Positions 15,152 to 24,419 of a DNA stretch of 64,000 nucleotides are shown piece by piece (positions within the stretch are counted from its first letter, which is position 1; every line of letters starts with the position of its first letter). The translations under genes and the position numbers were made by a program. The notes beneath the pieces are model-generated. The model searched no databases, was not told the DNA's origin, and worked only from the letters and a program-made list of their open reading frames with translations. This DNA comes from a virus. The DNA is taken from positions 1 through 64,000 of the IMG/VR virus record IMGVR_UViG_3300032236_000803. The stretch is one strand, 5' to 3'.

Positions 15152-16042
15152 ATGTCATTTGCTAATTTAAAAAGAAATTCAGGTTCTAGTCTAGAAAAGC
15201 TTGCTAAGGCAGCTGAGTCTATGAATTCTGGTAATCAAAATCCCGATGCTGAAAAGTATTGGAAGTGTCAAGTAGATAAGGCTGGTAACGGCTATGCTAT
15301 CATTCGATTCCTTCCTGCCCCTCCTCAAGACGGTGATAATGGTCTTCCATGGATCAAGTATTATGATCACGGTTTCCAAGGTCCAGGCGGTTGGTACATC
15401 GAAAAGAGTCTAACTTCAATCAATAAGGAAGATCCAGTCTCTAAATATAATTCCGATCTTTGGGCTTCAGGTATCGACGCAAATAAGGAAATTGCTCGTA
15501 AGCAGAAGCGTAGATTGCATTATGTATCAAACATTTACGTAATTAAGGATTCTGCTAATCCTCAGAATGAGGGAAAGACTTTTTACTTTGAATATGGTAA
15601 GAAGATTTTTGAAAAGATCACTCAAGCAATGAATCCTCAATTTGAAGATGATCAAAAAATCGATCCCTTTAATCTTTGGACTGGCGGTAACTTCAAGCTG
15701 AAGATTCGTAAGGTTGATGGATATCAAAATTATGATCTATCAGAATTTGATAAATCTGCTCCTTTGTTTGATAATGATGATGAATTAGAAGTTGTTTATA
15801 ATTCAGAATACTCTCTTTCTGAACTTCTCGATAATAAGAATTTTAAGTCTTATGAAGATTTAGAGAAGAGATTGAATAAAGTTCTCGGATTAAACGCTAC
15901 TACCGCAAAACCATCTACGATGGAAAGTATTAAGCAAACTAATATTTCCAATAAAGAAAAGGAAATTGAAGAATCTTTTGTTGATTCGTTAGAAGAAGAC
16001 GAGAGTATGGATTTCTTCGCTGATCTTTTAGGCGAAGATTGA
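15152..16042 (+). CDS. gp32: single-stranded DNA-binding protein
   Basis: DKAGNGYAIIRFLP, HGFQGPGGWYIE, GKKIFEKI motifs and an acidic C-terminal tail. Confidence 0.97.
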   Translation: MSFANLKRNSGSSLEKLAKAAESMNSGNQNPDAEKYWKCQVDKAGNGYAIIRFLPAPPQDGDNGLPWIKYYDHGFQGPGGWYIEKSLTSINKEDPVSKYNSDLWASGIDANKEIARKQKRRLHYVSNIYVIKDSANPQNEGKTFYFEYGKKIFEKITQAMNPQFEDDQKIDPFNLWTGGNFKLKIRKVDGYQNYDLSEFDKSAPLFDNDDELEVVYNSEYSLSELLDNKNFKSYEDLEKRLNKVLGLNATTAKPSTMESIKQTNISNKEKEIEESFVDSLEEDESMDFFADLLGED

Positions 16043-16053
16043 TCCTAATATTT

Positions 16054-16078
16054 AAGGGGGCTTTCGCCCCCTTTTTTT
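16054..16078. terminator. terminator between convergent genes
   Basis: GGGGGC-TTTC-GCCCCC followed by T7. Confidence 0.85.
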
Positions 16079-18185
16079 ATAATGGTCTTACTGAATTATA
16101 TTGAGCTTTTAATAGAGTAGGTTCATTTGATCTTGCTCCTATTTCTATGCCCATAGGAGATTCGTTTGAAGTTGTTTTCCTAGCACTAGCTTTTCCTTGA
16201 CTTCCTCCTGCGCCTCCTCCTTGATTAACGACTATTGGTTGTTGTGGTTGTGGCTGTGCATTTTTTTCTTTTATGTCTGCAATATTTCTAGATATGTTAT
16301 CTATCATCAATCCTTGCGTTGCTTCGTTTTGCCCTGCGGGTTTTAATTCAGCCGTTTTTGTAGGCCCATATTTGGTAGTATTTTCAGCTTGAACTGAATT
16401 GATTTTATTAACCAATTGCGGATCATTTTGGCCTTTCGCCATACCAGAAACCAATTCTCCTCCGCTTTTTAATACTCCTTTAACGGTATTAGTAGCGGCA
16501 ACTGTTTCTCCCGCTAAAGAACCTCCTAAAGTTTGTCCAGCTTTTTGCGTCAATGGAGTTTCTGGTTTTGCAACTTTTTCAGCAGTTTCGGATTTTATTG
16601 GTCCGTAGTTAGCCATTTTTTCGGCTTCTACTGGTTTAATTTTTTCAACCAATCCAGGATCGTTTAACCCTTTCATGAATCCTATTCCAGTTTGGCCTCC
16701 TACTTTCAACAACCCTTTAACGGTATTAGTCGCAGCAACTGTTTCACCCGCTAAAGAACCTCCTAAAGTTTCTCCAGCTTTTTGCATCAACGGAGTTTCC
16801 GGTTTTGCAACTTTTGCAGAAGCAGTAGAACCGCTGGAACCATTGGATGCTGCTGCAGTATTAATTTGTTCTTCTGAATATGGGTTTTTGCCGTTTTCAA
16901 TTTTAATAATTGAAGTCATCATCTTAGCCATTACTTTGGGATCATTTACGTCTATTTGATCCGTTGGCGAAACTCCTAATTCTTTAGATACGTTATTAAT
17001 ATACGCTGCTGTATTATTTTCTGAAGGAGGTGCGAATTTACCTATCATGGAAGATACGGTGTTTATTCCTCTCTTATCGTATAATTTTAATTGATGGGAT
17101 AATGCGGATAATCCTTCTTCTGGCGTATCAAACGATGCAAATCTAGCATTTTGTCCGGCTTCTAATGATGCTCCTGGTTGATTTGCAAAATTCAAATTTC
17201 CTGGATTATTATTTCTAATTCCTCTTGGTTGATTTTTTACAGCTGGATTCACTTCAGTATTTCCAGTAATAGAATCTATACCCTTTGCTATAGATTCCCC
17301 CATTTTGTTCGTTACATTACCTATTGCTGGAATTTCATTTAATGCCTTTCCTGCAAAAAATCCTCCAGCTAATGCTCCTAATGGTAAACTGATCCTAGTC
17401 AAAACGGTAGAAAGTCCTTCTAACAAAGTTGGTAATCTAGCTAATATAGGTCTTAGCGTTTTACTGATATTTTCAACGAACGGTTCTATCATTTTTGATA
17501 AATTTTTAAATAAACTTTCCATAGTTTCCGGAAGTTTTTTTAAAGCGTTTCCTATATTTTTAATAGATTTTGCTAAAGTCTCTCCTAAACTAGCTATCAT
17601 TTTTTTCAAAGAATCGGCTAAATTTTTTAATACTGAAGACCCTGATTTTTTGGAATTTGGACGAGTAGATGGTTTATTAGGTTTCTGTTTTTTATCGGAT
17701 TTAGATTTTTCTTTATTATTATCAAGATCAGTCAAATCCAAAGCAGGATTTCTAAAAGGAGCATCTAACCTTTCTATTTTCAAATGTTTTACATTAAGTT
17801 CGTTTATATCCAGCTTTTCTATTTTCAAATGTTTTATATTGTCTAATATAATTTGTTCTTTATTATCCTTTATTTCAGTTTGAAAATCTTCTGGCTTTGC
17901 GTCTAATAAATCTTGTTGGATAATCTCTTTCTTTAATTCGCTTCCTACAAATTTGACTAAATTTTGATTAATAGAATTCAAAACATTTTGGATGTCTTTA
18001 AGAGCTTTTAACGTTTTATCGTTTTCTTTAGCGTAAGTAGATATAAATTTATTATCATTAGCTGAAGCAGTATTAGTACCTACAAACCCAAATGAACCCA
18101 AAATCCTTTGTGATGCCATTTCTCGGAAATCTCTATTATCCGATTCTGGATTTTTGTTATATTTTAGTTGCGGTAAATTCGCCAT
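16077..18185 (-). CDS. tape-measure/baseplate hub protein (gp29-like) with a lysozyme-like domain
   Basis: Position after gp26/gp51; helical amphipathic segment; RGIRNNNPGNL..FASFDT..FAPPSENNT..IENG muramidase-like domain. Confidence 0.7.
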   Translation of the reverse strand: MANLPQLKYNKNPESDNRDFREMASQRILGSFGFVGTNTASANDNKFISTYAKENDKTLKALKDIQNVLNSINQNLVKFVGSELKKEIIQQDLLDAKPEDFQTEIKDNKEQIILDNIKHLKIEKLDINELNVKHLKIERLDAPFRNPALDLTDLDNNKEKSKSDKKQKPNKPSTRPNSKKSGSSVLKNLADSLKKMIASLGETLAKSIKNIGNALKKLPETMESLFKNLSKMIEPFVENISKTLRPILARLPTLLEGLSTVLTRISLPLGALAGGFFAGKALNEIPAIGNVTNKMGESIAKGIDSITGNTEVNPAVKNQPRGIRNNNPGNLNFANQPGASLEAGQNARFASFDTPEEGLSALSHQLKLYDKRGINTVSSMIGKFAPPSENNTAAYINNVSKELGVSPTDQIDVNDPKVMAKMMTSIIKIENGKNPYSEEQINTAAASNGSSGSTASAKVAKPETPLMQKAGETLGGSLAGETVAATNTVKGLLKVGGQTGIGFMKGLNDPGLVEKIKPVEAEKMANYGPIKSETAEKVAKPETPLTQKAGQTLGGSLAGETVAATNTVKGVLKSGGELVSGMAKGQNDPQLVNKINSVQAENTTKYGPTKTAELKPAGQNEATQGLMIDNISRNIADIKEKNAQPQPQQPIVVNQGGGAGGSQGKASARKTTSNESPMGIEIGARSNEPTLLKAQYNSVRPL
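16343..16816 (-). repeat. 79-aa (237-bp) tandem duplication inside the tape-measure gene
   Basis: KVAKPETPLxQKAGxTLGGSLAGETVAATNTVKG occurs twice; boundaries approximate. Confidence 0.9.
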
Positions 18186-18189
18186 TTTA

Positions 18190-18327
18190 TTATCCGTATT
18201 GTTGTTTTTGTCTTTCTAAACGATCATTTGTTTCTTTAATGTAATGTTCCAATTGCATAACATATAATTCTCTTTCCCACGGAATCATATTTTCTAAATC
18301 AGCAAGATTATATTTGTGGTGCTGCAT
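18190..18327 (-). CDS. gp51: baseplate hub assembly protein gp51-like (missed by the ORF track; frame open back to 18393)
   Basis: MQHHKYNLADLENMIPWERELYVMQL; the upstream in-frame NLANYFRTNFAL also looks gp51-like. Confidence 0.85.
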   Translation of the reverse strand: MQHHKYNLADLENMIPWERELYVMQLEHYIKETNDRLERQKQQYG

Positions 18328-18377
18328 CAATGCAAAATTAGTTCTAAAATAATTTGCTAAGTTATCATGACAAAAAG

Positions 18378-19097
18378 TTAAGCTAAAAAATTCTCAAGTC
18401 CCTCCATGGTAATTTTATGCTCAAATCCGCATTTAGCACAAACTATGTCTATTTCTTTTTTTAATTTTGGTAAATGGTTAAAATGTTCTTCTATCTTTTT
18501 AAATTGCTCGTTATTTAAACCGTCTAACCAATTCGTCAATTCAGATTTAGTGAATTCGTCTCTGTAATAAACTTTTTCGGAATCAAATACGTAATCTACG
18601 CAATCAGCTATAATATCTGTTGTCATTTCTAATATATCTGAATCTTCTTTAAAATTCTTTACTATATCAAAATTAGGATGTTTCATTTTAAGACCAAGTT
18701 CTGGTTCTAACTGGATAATATCATTATAATCATTTAAATCGACATCTACTTCTAAAATATTGATAGAAGTTTCCATCTGATTACCGCATTCTTCATTTTC
18801 GATATTATTTTTACAAACATATCTCGGTTTAATTACTTCTCCAATAGACCTAGCTCTTAATTGTAAGAAAAAGAATTCAGTATCTGTTGTGGATAATGAA
18901 TCAATATCAATTTTACTTTTACAGCAATTTTTTATGACTTCTTTAATATTGTCGTTTATAAAAATAGGATCATCAGATTCTAAAGCAATCATTAAAATCT
19001 TTTGTTCTTTCACCGTAAAAGGTCTGTATTTAACTTTTTCGTTTTTAATAGGTAAAGTCAATTCATACGTAGGTGCATTAATTATAGGCAAACTCAT
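18378..19097 (-). CDS. gp26: baseplate hub assembly chaperone
   Basis: PTYELTLP..YRPFTVKEQKIL..LRARSIGE..CAKCG..EGLENF. Confidence 0.9.
   Translation of the reverse strand: MSLPIINAPTYELTLPIKNEKVKYRPFTVKEQKILMIALESDDPIFINDNIKEVIKNCCKSKIDIDSLSTTDTEFFFLQLRARSIGEVIKPRYVCKNNIENEECGNQMETSINILEVDVDLNDYNDIIQLEPELGLKMKHPNFDIVKNFKEDSDILEMTTDIIADCVDYVFDSEKVYYRDEFTKSELTNWLDGLNNEQFKKIEEHFNHLPKLKKEIDIVCAKCGFEHKITMEGLENFLA
18384..18390 (-). other. candidate -1 programmed frameshift slippery site T TTT TTA
   Basis: In-frame X XXY YYZ heptamer just before the gp26 stop; the -1 frame is the gp51 frame. Confidence 0.7.
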
Positions 19098-19108
19098 TTA
19101 TTTCTCCA

Positions 19109-19639
19109 TTATTTTTGTAAATATCTGTATGCAAAAGTGACCATTAATTTATGAACTTCATTTGCTGCTGCCCAATCAAGTTTCATAGGATGTACTGAAA
19201 TAGGAAACGCTTCAAATAATCTCGCTTTATATGACTCTTTACCGGCTAAATCATATTGAATTATTTCTACCGTTCCTCTATAATTATCTTTGTATTCAAA
19301 ATCAAATTGTACTCCTTCTGGAGTATTCGTAGCAGCATTGGACATTATATCCATCCAAGAATCAAATAATTCTTTCTCTCTCATATCATCAGAACATATA
19401 AAGGTAAGATTGACCTTTTCATAAAAATTCTGCACTGGAAAATATTGCACAGGACCGTACGTTTTCTGTTCAACTAAAGAAAACGTTCTTGACGGCAACT
19501 CAGAACCTTCGCATCTAAAACTCAAAGAACGAGTATCAAACGGGCTTATTATAGGACCAGTTATATTAACGGTGAAATTATATGGTCTTGCGACTTCTTT
19601 AGGAAAACTGTTTAGGAATTCGGATATATTTGCGACCAT
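19109..19639 (-). CDS. gp54: tail-tube-fold protein (tail tube initiator, gp54-like)
   Basis: ARPYNF..CEGSELP..LTFIC..FDSWMD..LFEAFP..VTFAY; synteny. Confidence 0.7.
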   Translation of the reverse strand: MVANISEFLNSFPKEVARPYNFTVNITGPIISPFDTRSLSFRCEGSELPSRTFSLVEQKTYGPVQYFPVQNFYEKVNLTFICSDDMREKELFDSWMDIMSNAATNTPEGVQFDFEYKDNYRGTVEIIQYDLAGKESYKARLFEAFPISVHPMKLDWAAANEVHKLMVTFAYRYLQK

Positions 19640-19640
19640 T

Positions 19641-20432
19641 TTATTTTCTTCTTATAGTTTGTAAGGAATCTTTCCAAACAGTATTTCTACCTTTCTTTTG
19701 GAATTTGTCTACTTCTAATTCAGCAGCAAATAACCATTCATGCGCTTGTATAGGCAAAATTCTACTTTTTATTTGTTGCGTTAAATACATTTTGATACAA
19801 GGTTTAAATGCTTTCAAATTGGATTTGGATTTTAAAAAATCATAAGTTATTTTCAATCTTATAATATCAGTTTGTTTATTATGGATTTTTGGAATAGTTA
19901 ACAATTCTGCTAGAAATGCTAATCGTAAATCTGTTGGAAGGTAATGTAAATTCAATCCCAAAAAACCATCTCCGTTTTTTAATTTCTTTTTTTCTAACAA
20001 TATCATTAAAGGGAGTTTATCCCAATAAGGTAATTCGTCTTTCCAATAAGCATCATACAAATAAAAATACATACCGCCAGTAACAAATCGGTTGTTATAA
20101 TAATTTGTCGTTATAATGTTTTCGTTCTGGATATTTGTCTGTAATGCTTTTAATTTTAATTGTAACCAACCAATAGAAATTTCTCTTAATTGTTCTCTTT
20201 CTTGTCTTGATGCGCGTAAAAACCTTTCCAGAATCGGTGGAAGTTCTGCCATACCGAAAAAATTTGAATTCAATTCGGTTTGTAAATTTTTTTCAGCAAT
20301 TTTTACTGGTTTATTATCAGCGCTTAAATAATGCCACAATCCAATCCCCTGGGCATATGGATTGAATATGAATTTTTTGTCTTTATATTCGACAATAACC
20401 CAATCAGTATATTTTTTAAATTCTTGTGGCAT
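19641..20432 (-). CDS. gp2: DNA end protector protein
   Basis: GGMYFYLYDA..LPYWDKLPL..GFLGLNLHYLP..KPCIKMYL. Confidence 0.9.
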   Translation of the reverse strand: MPQEFKKYTDWVIVEYKDKKFIFNPYAQGIGLWHYLSADNKPVKIAEKNLQTELNSNFFGMAELPPILERFLRASRQEREQLREISIGWLQLKLKALQTNIQNENIITTNYYNNRFVTGGMYFYLYDAYWKDELPYWDKLPLMILLEKKKLKNGDGFLGLNLHYLPTDLRLAFLAELLTIPKIHNKQTDIIRLKITYDFLKSKSNLKAFKPCIKMYLTQQIKSRILPIQAHEWLFAAELEVDKFQKKGRNTVWKDSLQTIRRK

Positions 20433-20444
20433 AAGGTATTTATT

Positions 20445-20894
20445 TTAAAACGTTACATCTTTTTCTGTCATCAGTTTAAAAACCCATCCTTTATCCCTGC
20501 AATATTTTACTGCCGCTTGCCACTTTGCCGAATTGATTCCCCAAGTATATACTTCGTTGATATATCTTTTCGTTACTCTTTTTTTCGGGGTAGGTTCTAA
20601 TGTCTGCTCATATGGTTTAATCTCAATCATATAAGTTACTATTGAACCGTCCATTTTCTTTACTTTGGCAATGATATCTGGATAATAATTATGTTTCTTT
20701 TTGTCTATTGGCGATATATAAGGTACTTTAACTTCTTCTGAACTGTATTGTATAACGCTAGGATTCATATCCATCCAATCCAATGCTTTTCTTTCCCAAG
20801 ACGATCTAACCCAAATATTAGATACATCTCCGACATATTTTGTCGGGTTTTTCGGATACCAACGTTTTGGTTCTGGATATTTTTTAGAAACCAT
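20445..20894 (-). CDS. gp4: head completion nuclease
   Basis: PKNPTKYVGD..RSSWE..SSEE..YYPD..IEIKP..NSAKWQAA. Confidence 0.92.
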   Translation of the reverse strand: MVSKKYPEPKRWYPKNPTKYVGDVSNIWVRSSWERKALDWMDMNPSVIQYSSEEVKVPYISPIDKKKHNYYPDIIAKVKKMDGSIVTYMIEIKPYEQTLEPTPKKRVTKRYINEVYTWGINSAKWQAAVKYCRDKGWVFKLMTEKDVTF

Positions 20895-20903
20895 AATAAA
20901 TTA

Positions 20904-20911
20904 TATAAATA
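20904..20911 (+). promoter_or_regulatory. T4 late promoter for the baseplate operon
   Basis: TATAAATA about 30 nt upstream of gp48. Confidence 0.75.
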
Positions 20912-20942
20912 GTTGAAATATTAGTATTTATTTAAAACATAT

Positions 20943-21926
20943 ATGGCTTCACAACCAGCAGTAAACCCAGCTAGTCCGATAGACGTACTAAATACGAATC
21001 CGTTTTCGGTTTCGTCTTTAACATACCCTCTTGACTTAGAAAGTTCAGTAGGACATTACGTTAATTTTTTTATTAACGTAAATAGAGCAAGTCAATTTTA
21101 CCAATCTTCTGGTGCATTCAGTTACGGGCAACCAAATTCTGCGCAATATAATATCGTTCCTGATGTAGCTACTGGCGGAAATGGTGGTAATGTGATTTTT
21201 GGTACAACTGGTAATGGCAGTGGTACATCAATTGGTAATTTAACAAATCAAAGAATAGCGCAAACTATTTCATTGTACATACCAGACTCAATGGGATATG
21301 GTCAGAATATTAAATGGGAAAATGCTTCTCTATATGAACTAGGCGCTGCTTTGTTGGATGCTGGCGGGGCTTTAAAGTCTGGCGTGGATTGGATATCAAA
21401 ATCTTTAAATTTAAATGCTTTACGTACTACAGCTGGACAAACTAATGGAGGATTCGGGTCTTTAGCGGGTTTGCCTGAAGGATTGGCTACGATAGCAGGA
21501 GCAGCAAACCAAGCAATGGGTCCACTTGGATGGGCTTTCAATCCTCAATTATTAGTTCTTTTCAGAGGTATTGATTTTAGAAGTTTTCAATATGATTTCT
21601 TTTTTACGCCAAGAAGCCAAGCTGAAGCTGCAGCAGTAAGAAATATTATACAAGCGTTTAGATTCCATTCTCATCCAGAACTGAATACTGCTGGAGGTAT
21701 TTTCTATGGAGCGCCAGCCACTTTTGATATTCAGTTTATGCATAAAGGAGCAATCAATACTAAAATTCAACAAGTAGCAACTTGCGTATTGGTTGGGTAT
21801 GATGTGGATTATGCTCCTTATGGTTGGTCTACGTATACCGATGGTATGCCTGTACAAACAAGATTAACTTTAAGATTCCAAGAAACTGAAATATTGGATA
21901 AAACTAAAATTCTCCAAGGATACTAA
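20943..21926 (+). CDS. gp48: baseplate tail-tube cap
   Basis: ISLYIP..FNPQLLVLFRGIDFRSFQYDFFFTPRS..GMPVQTRLTLRFQETE. Confidence 0.88.
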   Translation: MASQPAVNPASPIDVLNTNPFSVSSLTYPLDLESSVGHYVNFFINVNRASQFYQSSGAFSYGQPNSAQYNIVPDVATGGNGGNVIFGTTGNGSGTSIGNLTNQRIAQTISLYIPDSMGYGQNIKWENASLYELGAALLDAGGALKSGVDWISKSLNLNALRTTAGQTNGGFGSLAGLPEGLATIAGAANQAMGPLGWAFNPQLLVLFRGIDFRSFQYDFFFTPRSQAEAAAVRNIIQAFRFHSHPELNTAGGIFYGAPATFDIQFMHKGAINTKIQQVATCVLVGYDVDYAPYGWSTYTDGMPVQTRLTLRFQETEILDKTKILQGY

Positions 21927-22558
21927 TGGCTTTTTTCTCATATTTTCCAACTATATTAAATTCCGATGGATCGTTATTAACGGATGTAACCATCAGAACT
22001 AAAATCAAAGCAACTTGGTTAGCTAATGACAGGTTGTATTATTTGTATAACTATCAAGATCATGATAGACCGGAAGATATTGCGCAAAAATATTATGGAG
22101 ATCAAGGACTTGGTTGGATAATTTTATATTCAAATAATATTCTTGATCCTAATTTCGATTTTCCATTGTCTTCAAATGATTTTGAAGCGTATTTAAATGA
22201 CAAATATTATGAACAAGGTCAAGCATTAAATATATCTGGGGTTGATTATGCGGCATCTACGGTAGACCCAATATACGGGTATCAAAAACAAATAACATAT
22301 CAATATACATATAATACAGTTAATGAATATTATCCAGTAGATCAAAACACATATAGTCAATTGATTCCATTTAGTACGACAGTTAATGATCCGATAACTA
22401 ATGATCCTATTGTATATTCATTAAAACCAAGAATTCCATTAGTTACCATATATGATACTGAATTTCAGAATAATGAAAATAAGAGAACAATAAAAATATT
22501 GAAAAAAGAATATGTAAATCAAGCTAAAACCGAATTATTGAATCTACTTAAAAAATGA
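21926..22558 (+). CDS. gp53: baseplate wedge subunit
   Basis: FFSYFP..DRPEDIAQKYYGD..WIIL..NENKRTIKILK. Confidence 0.9.
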   Translation: MAFFSYFPTILNSDGSLLTDVTIRTKIKATWLANDRLYYLYNYQDHDRPEDIAQKYYGDQGLGWIILYSNNILDPNFDFPLSSNDFEAYLNDKYYEQGQALNISGVDYAASTVDPIYGYQKQITYQYTYNTVNEYYPVDQNTYSQLIPFSTTVNDPITNDPIVYSLKPRIPLVTIYDTEFQNNENKRTIKILKKEYVNQAKTELLNLLKK

Positions 22559-24021
22559 CAGTATCAAGCCAAAATGATTATACTTCGCAAACCGTAACTG
22601 GATTAACGGTAAATAAATGCTTAATTACTTCGGCAGCAGCTTCTATGGAATTCAAAAATGCTGTTGTAGAATTTGCATATTTTGAAGACATATTCACTAA
22701 TACTGTACACGGAACTTTGTTAATAAATGATTCTTCTGCATTTCCAAATATTCTATCTTGGTGCGGAGAAGAACGGTTAGATTTGGAAATCAGTAAACCC
22801 GGAATAGAAGATTCTGCTTTTTCTGGAACATTCAGAATTTACAATATATCAAGAAGACATTTAACAAAAGACGATAACGAAAATTATCTAGTGAATTTTT
22901 GTTCAGAACAATTAGTATTATCTGAAAAATCTAGGGTATGTAAAACATATACGAACACGAAAGTTTCCGATATTGTTAAAGATATCGCTTTTAATTATTT
23001 GAATATAACAGCGTCAGAATTTCCAGATTCAAATATAGAAGAAACTTTTGGTAATGTTACAATTACTATACCAAATATGAAACCTTTTGAAGCAATCAAT
23101 TGGCTTTGCACAATGGCAATTGTTGGCGATACAAAATTTGGAAATCATTCTGGACCAGATGGAGGAGCGTCATATTTATTTTGGAGAAATAGAAATGGAT
23201 ATAACTTTAGGTCATTATTATCCATTTTCAATACCTCCAATATCAATAGTCCATATACATCAACATATATGCACCCTCTCGCTAATAAGAGAAATTTTAT
23301 TGGTTATTGGTACGGTATTAAAAACATAGACACTCCTCAAGGTTCTACTATATTTGATCCATATTCGCAAATTATTTCATACGAAGTTTTAAATAGTTAT
23401 GATGCGCTAGAATCTCAACAAAGAGGAATGTTCTGTAATAGAACGATAACGGTTGATTATATAACTAGATTATATCAAAATAATGATTTTGATTATAACA
23501 ATTACTTTAATAACTTTTTAAAACAAAAAGTAGATTTGTATAAGACATTAAATACATTGCCTGTAGTTAGTAATGCAACAGATGGATTTGGTAAAAGCGA
23601 AAACCAATATCCTGAAGGAACTATAAAAGTATATACTTCTACGACTGCACAGGCAAACAACCAATATGTTCAACAGAATTCTCCAAACATATCTGCTAAT
23701 TATGTTGAAAACACTATTCCATACAGATTAGCTCAATTATCTTTGATAGGAGTTAATAGGATAAAAATGGCTATTCCTGGTGATCCGTATATAACCGTTG
23801 GTAAATTAATCGATGTTTATATACCACAAACCGGAACTGATAAAAATGGTAACAAAATAAACGATAGGTTTTTAACCGGAACGTATTTAATAACTTGCGT
23901 AAGACATGCGCTTGATCAAGAAAACGAATTTAAAACTATTATTGAAATAACCAAAGATGCGTTCAAAGAATTAGATGTAACAAATGGTTTATCTCCGTTC
24001 AACGCTCCTCTTTTACCTTAA
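22555..24021 (+). CDS. baseplate hub protein (gp27-like)
   Basis: FEDIF..GTLLIND..IPNMKPFEAINWL..IPGD..VGKLI..TGTYLITCVRH; position after gp53. Confidence 0.7.
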   Translation: MTVSSQNDYTSQTVTGLTVNKCLITSAAASMEFKNAVVEFAYFEDIFTNTVHGTLLINDSSAFPNILSWCGEERLDLEISKPGIEDSAFSGTFRIYNISRRHLTKDDNENYLVNFCSEQLVLSEKSRVCKTYTNTKVSDIVKDIAFNYLNITASEFPDSNIEETFGNVTITIPNMKPFEAINWLCTMAIVGDTKFGNHSGPDGGASYLFWRNRNGYNFRSLLSIFNTSNINSPYTSTYMHPLANKRNFIGYWYGIKNIDTPQGSTIFDPYSQIISYEVLNSYDALESQQRGMFCNRTITVDYITRLYQNNDFDYNNYFNNFLKQKVDLYKTLNTLPVVSNATDGFGKSENQYPEGTIKVYTSTTAQANNQYVQQNSPNISANYVENTIPYRLAQLSLIGVNRIKMAIPGDPYITVGKLIDVYIPQTGTDKNGNKINDRFLTGTYLITCVRHALDQENEFKTIIEITKDAFKELDVTNGLSPFNAPLLP

Positions 24022-24031
24022 TAAATAATAT

Positions 24032-24418
24032 ATGGCGTATCAATATTTTTCAGATTTAGATTTACGGTTTAATATACATCCTGTAACAAAGGATTTGGTA
24101 TTGTCAGCCGACGATCAGGCTATAACCAGATCCATAAAAAATCTAGTATTGACCAACCATTATGAACGGTTAATGCAAGCTACTATAGGTTCTAATGTTA
24201 ACGGAATGTTATTCGAATTGATGACACCGCTCACAGCGAATCAAGTACAAAGAGAAATTTATGATGTAATAACAGCGTTTGAACCTAGAGCGATAAATGT
24301 AACTGTAACGGTGGATGCTGTTTCCGAACAAAATGCATTAACTGCTACTATTCAATATTTTATAGAAAACTCACCAATTCCAATTGTCGTAGACATACTA
24401 CTAGAAAGGATCAGATAA
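24032..24418 (+). CDS. gp25: baseplate wedge subunit
   Basis: FSDLDLRF..AITRSIKNLVLTNHYER..FEPR..LLERIR. Confidence 0.92.
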   Translation: MAYQYFSDLDLRFNIHPVTKDLVLSADDQAITRSIKNLVLTNHYERLMQATIGSNVNGMLFELMTPLTANQVQREIYDVITAFEPRAINVTVTVDAVSEQNALTATIQYFIENSPIPIVVDILLERIR

Positions 24419-24419
24419 C

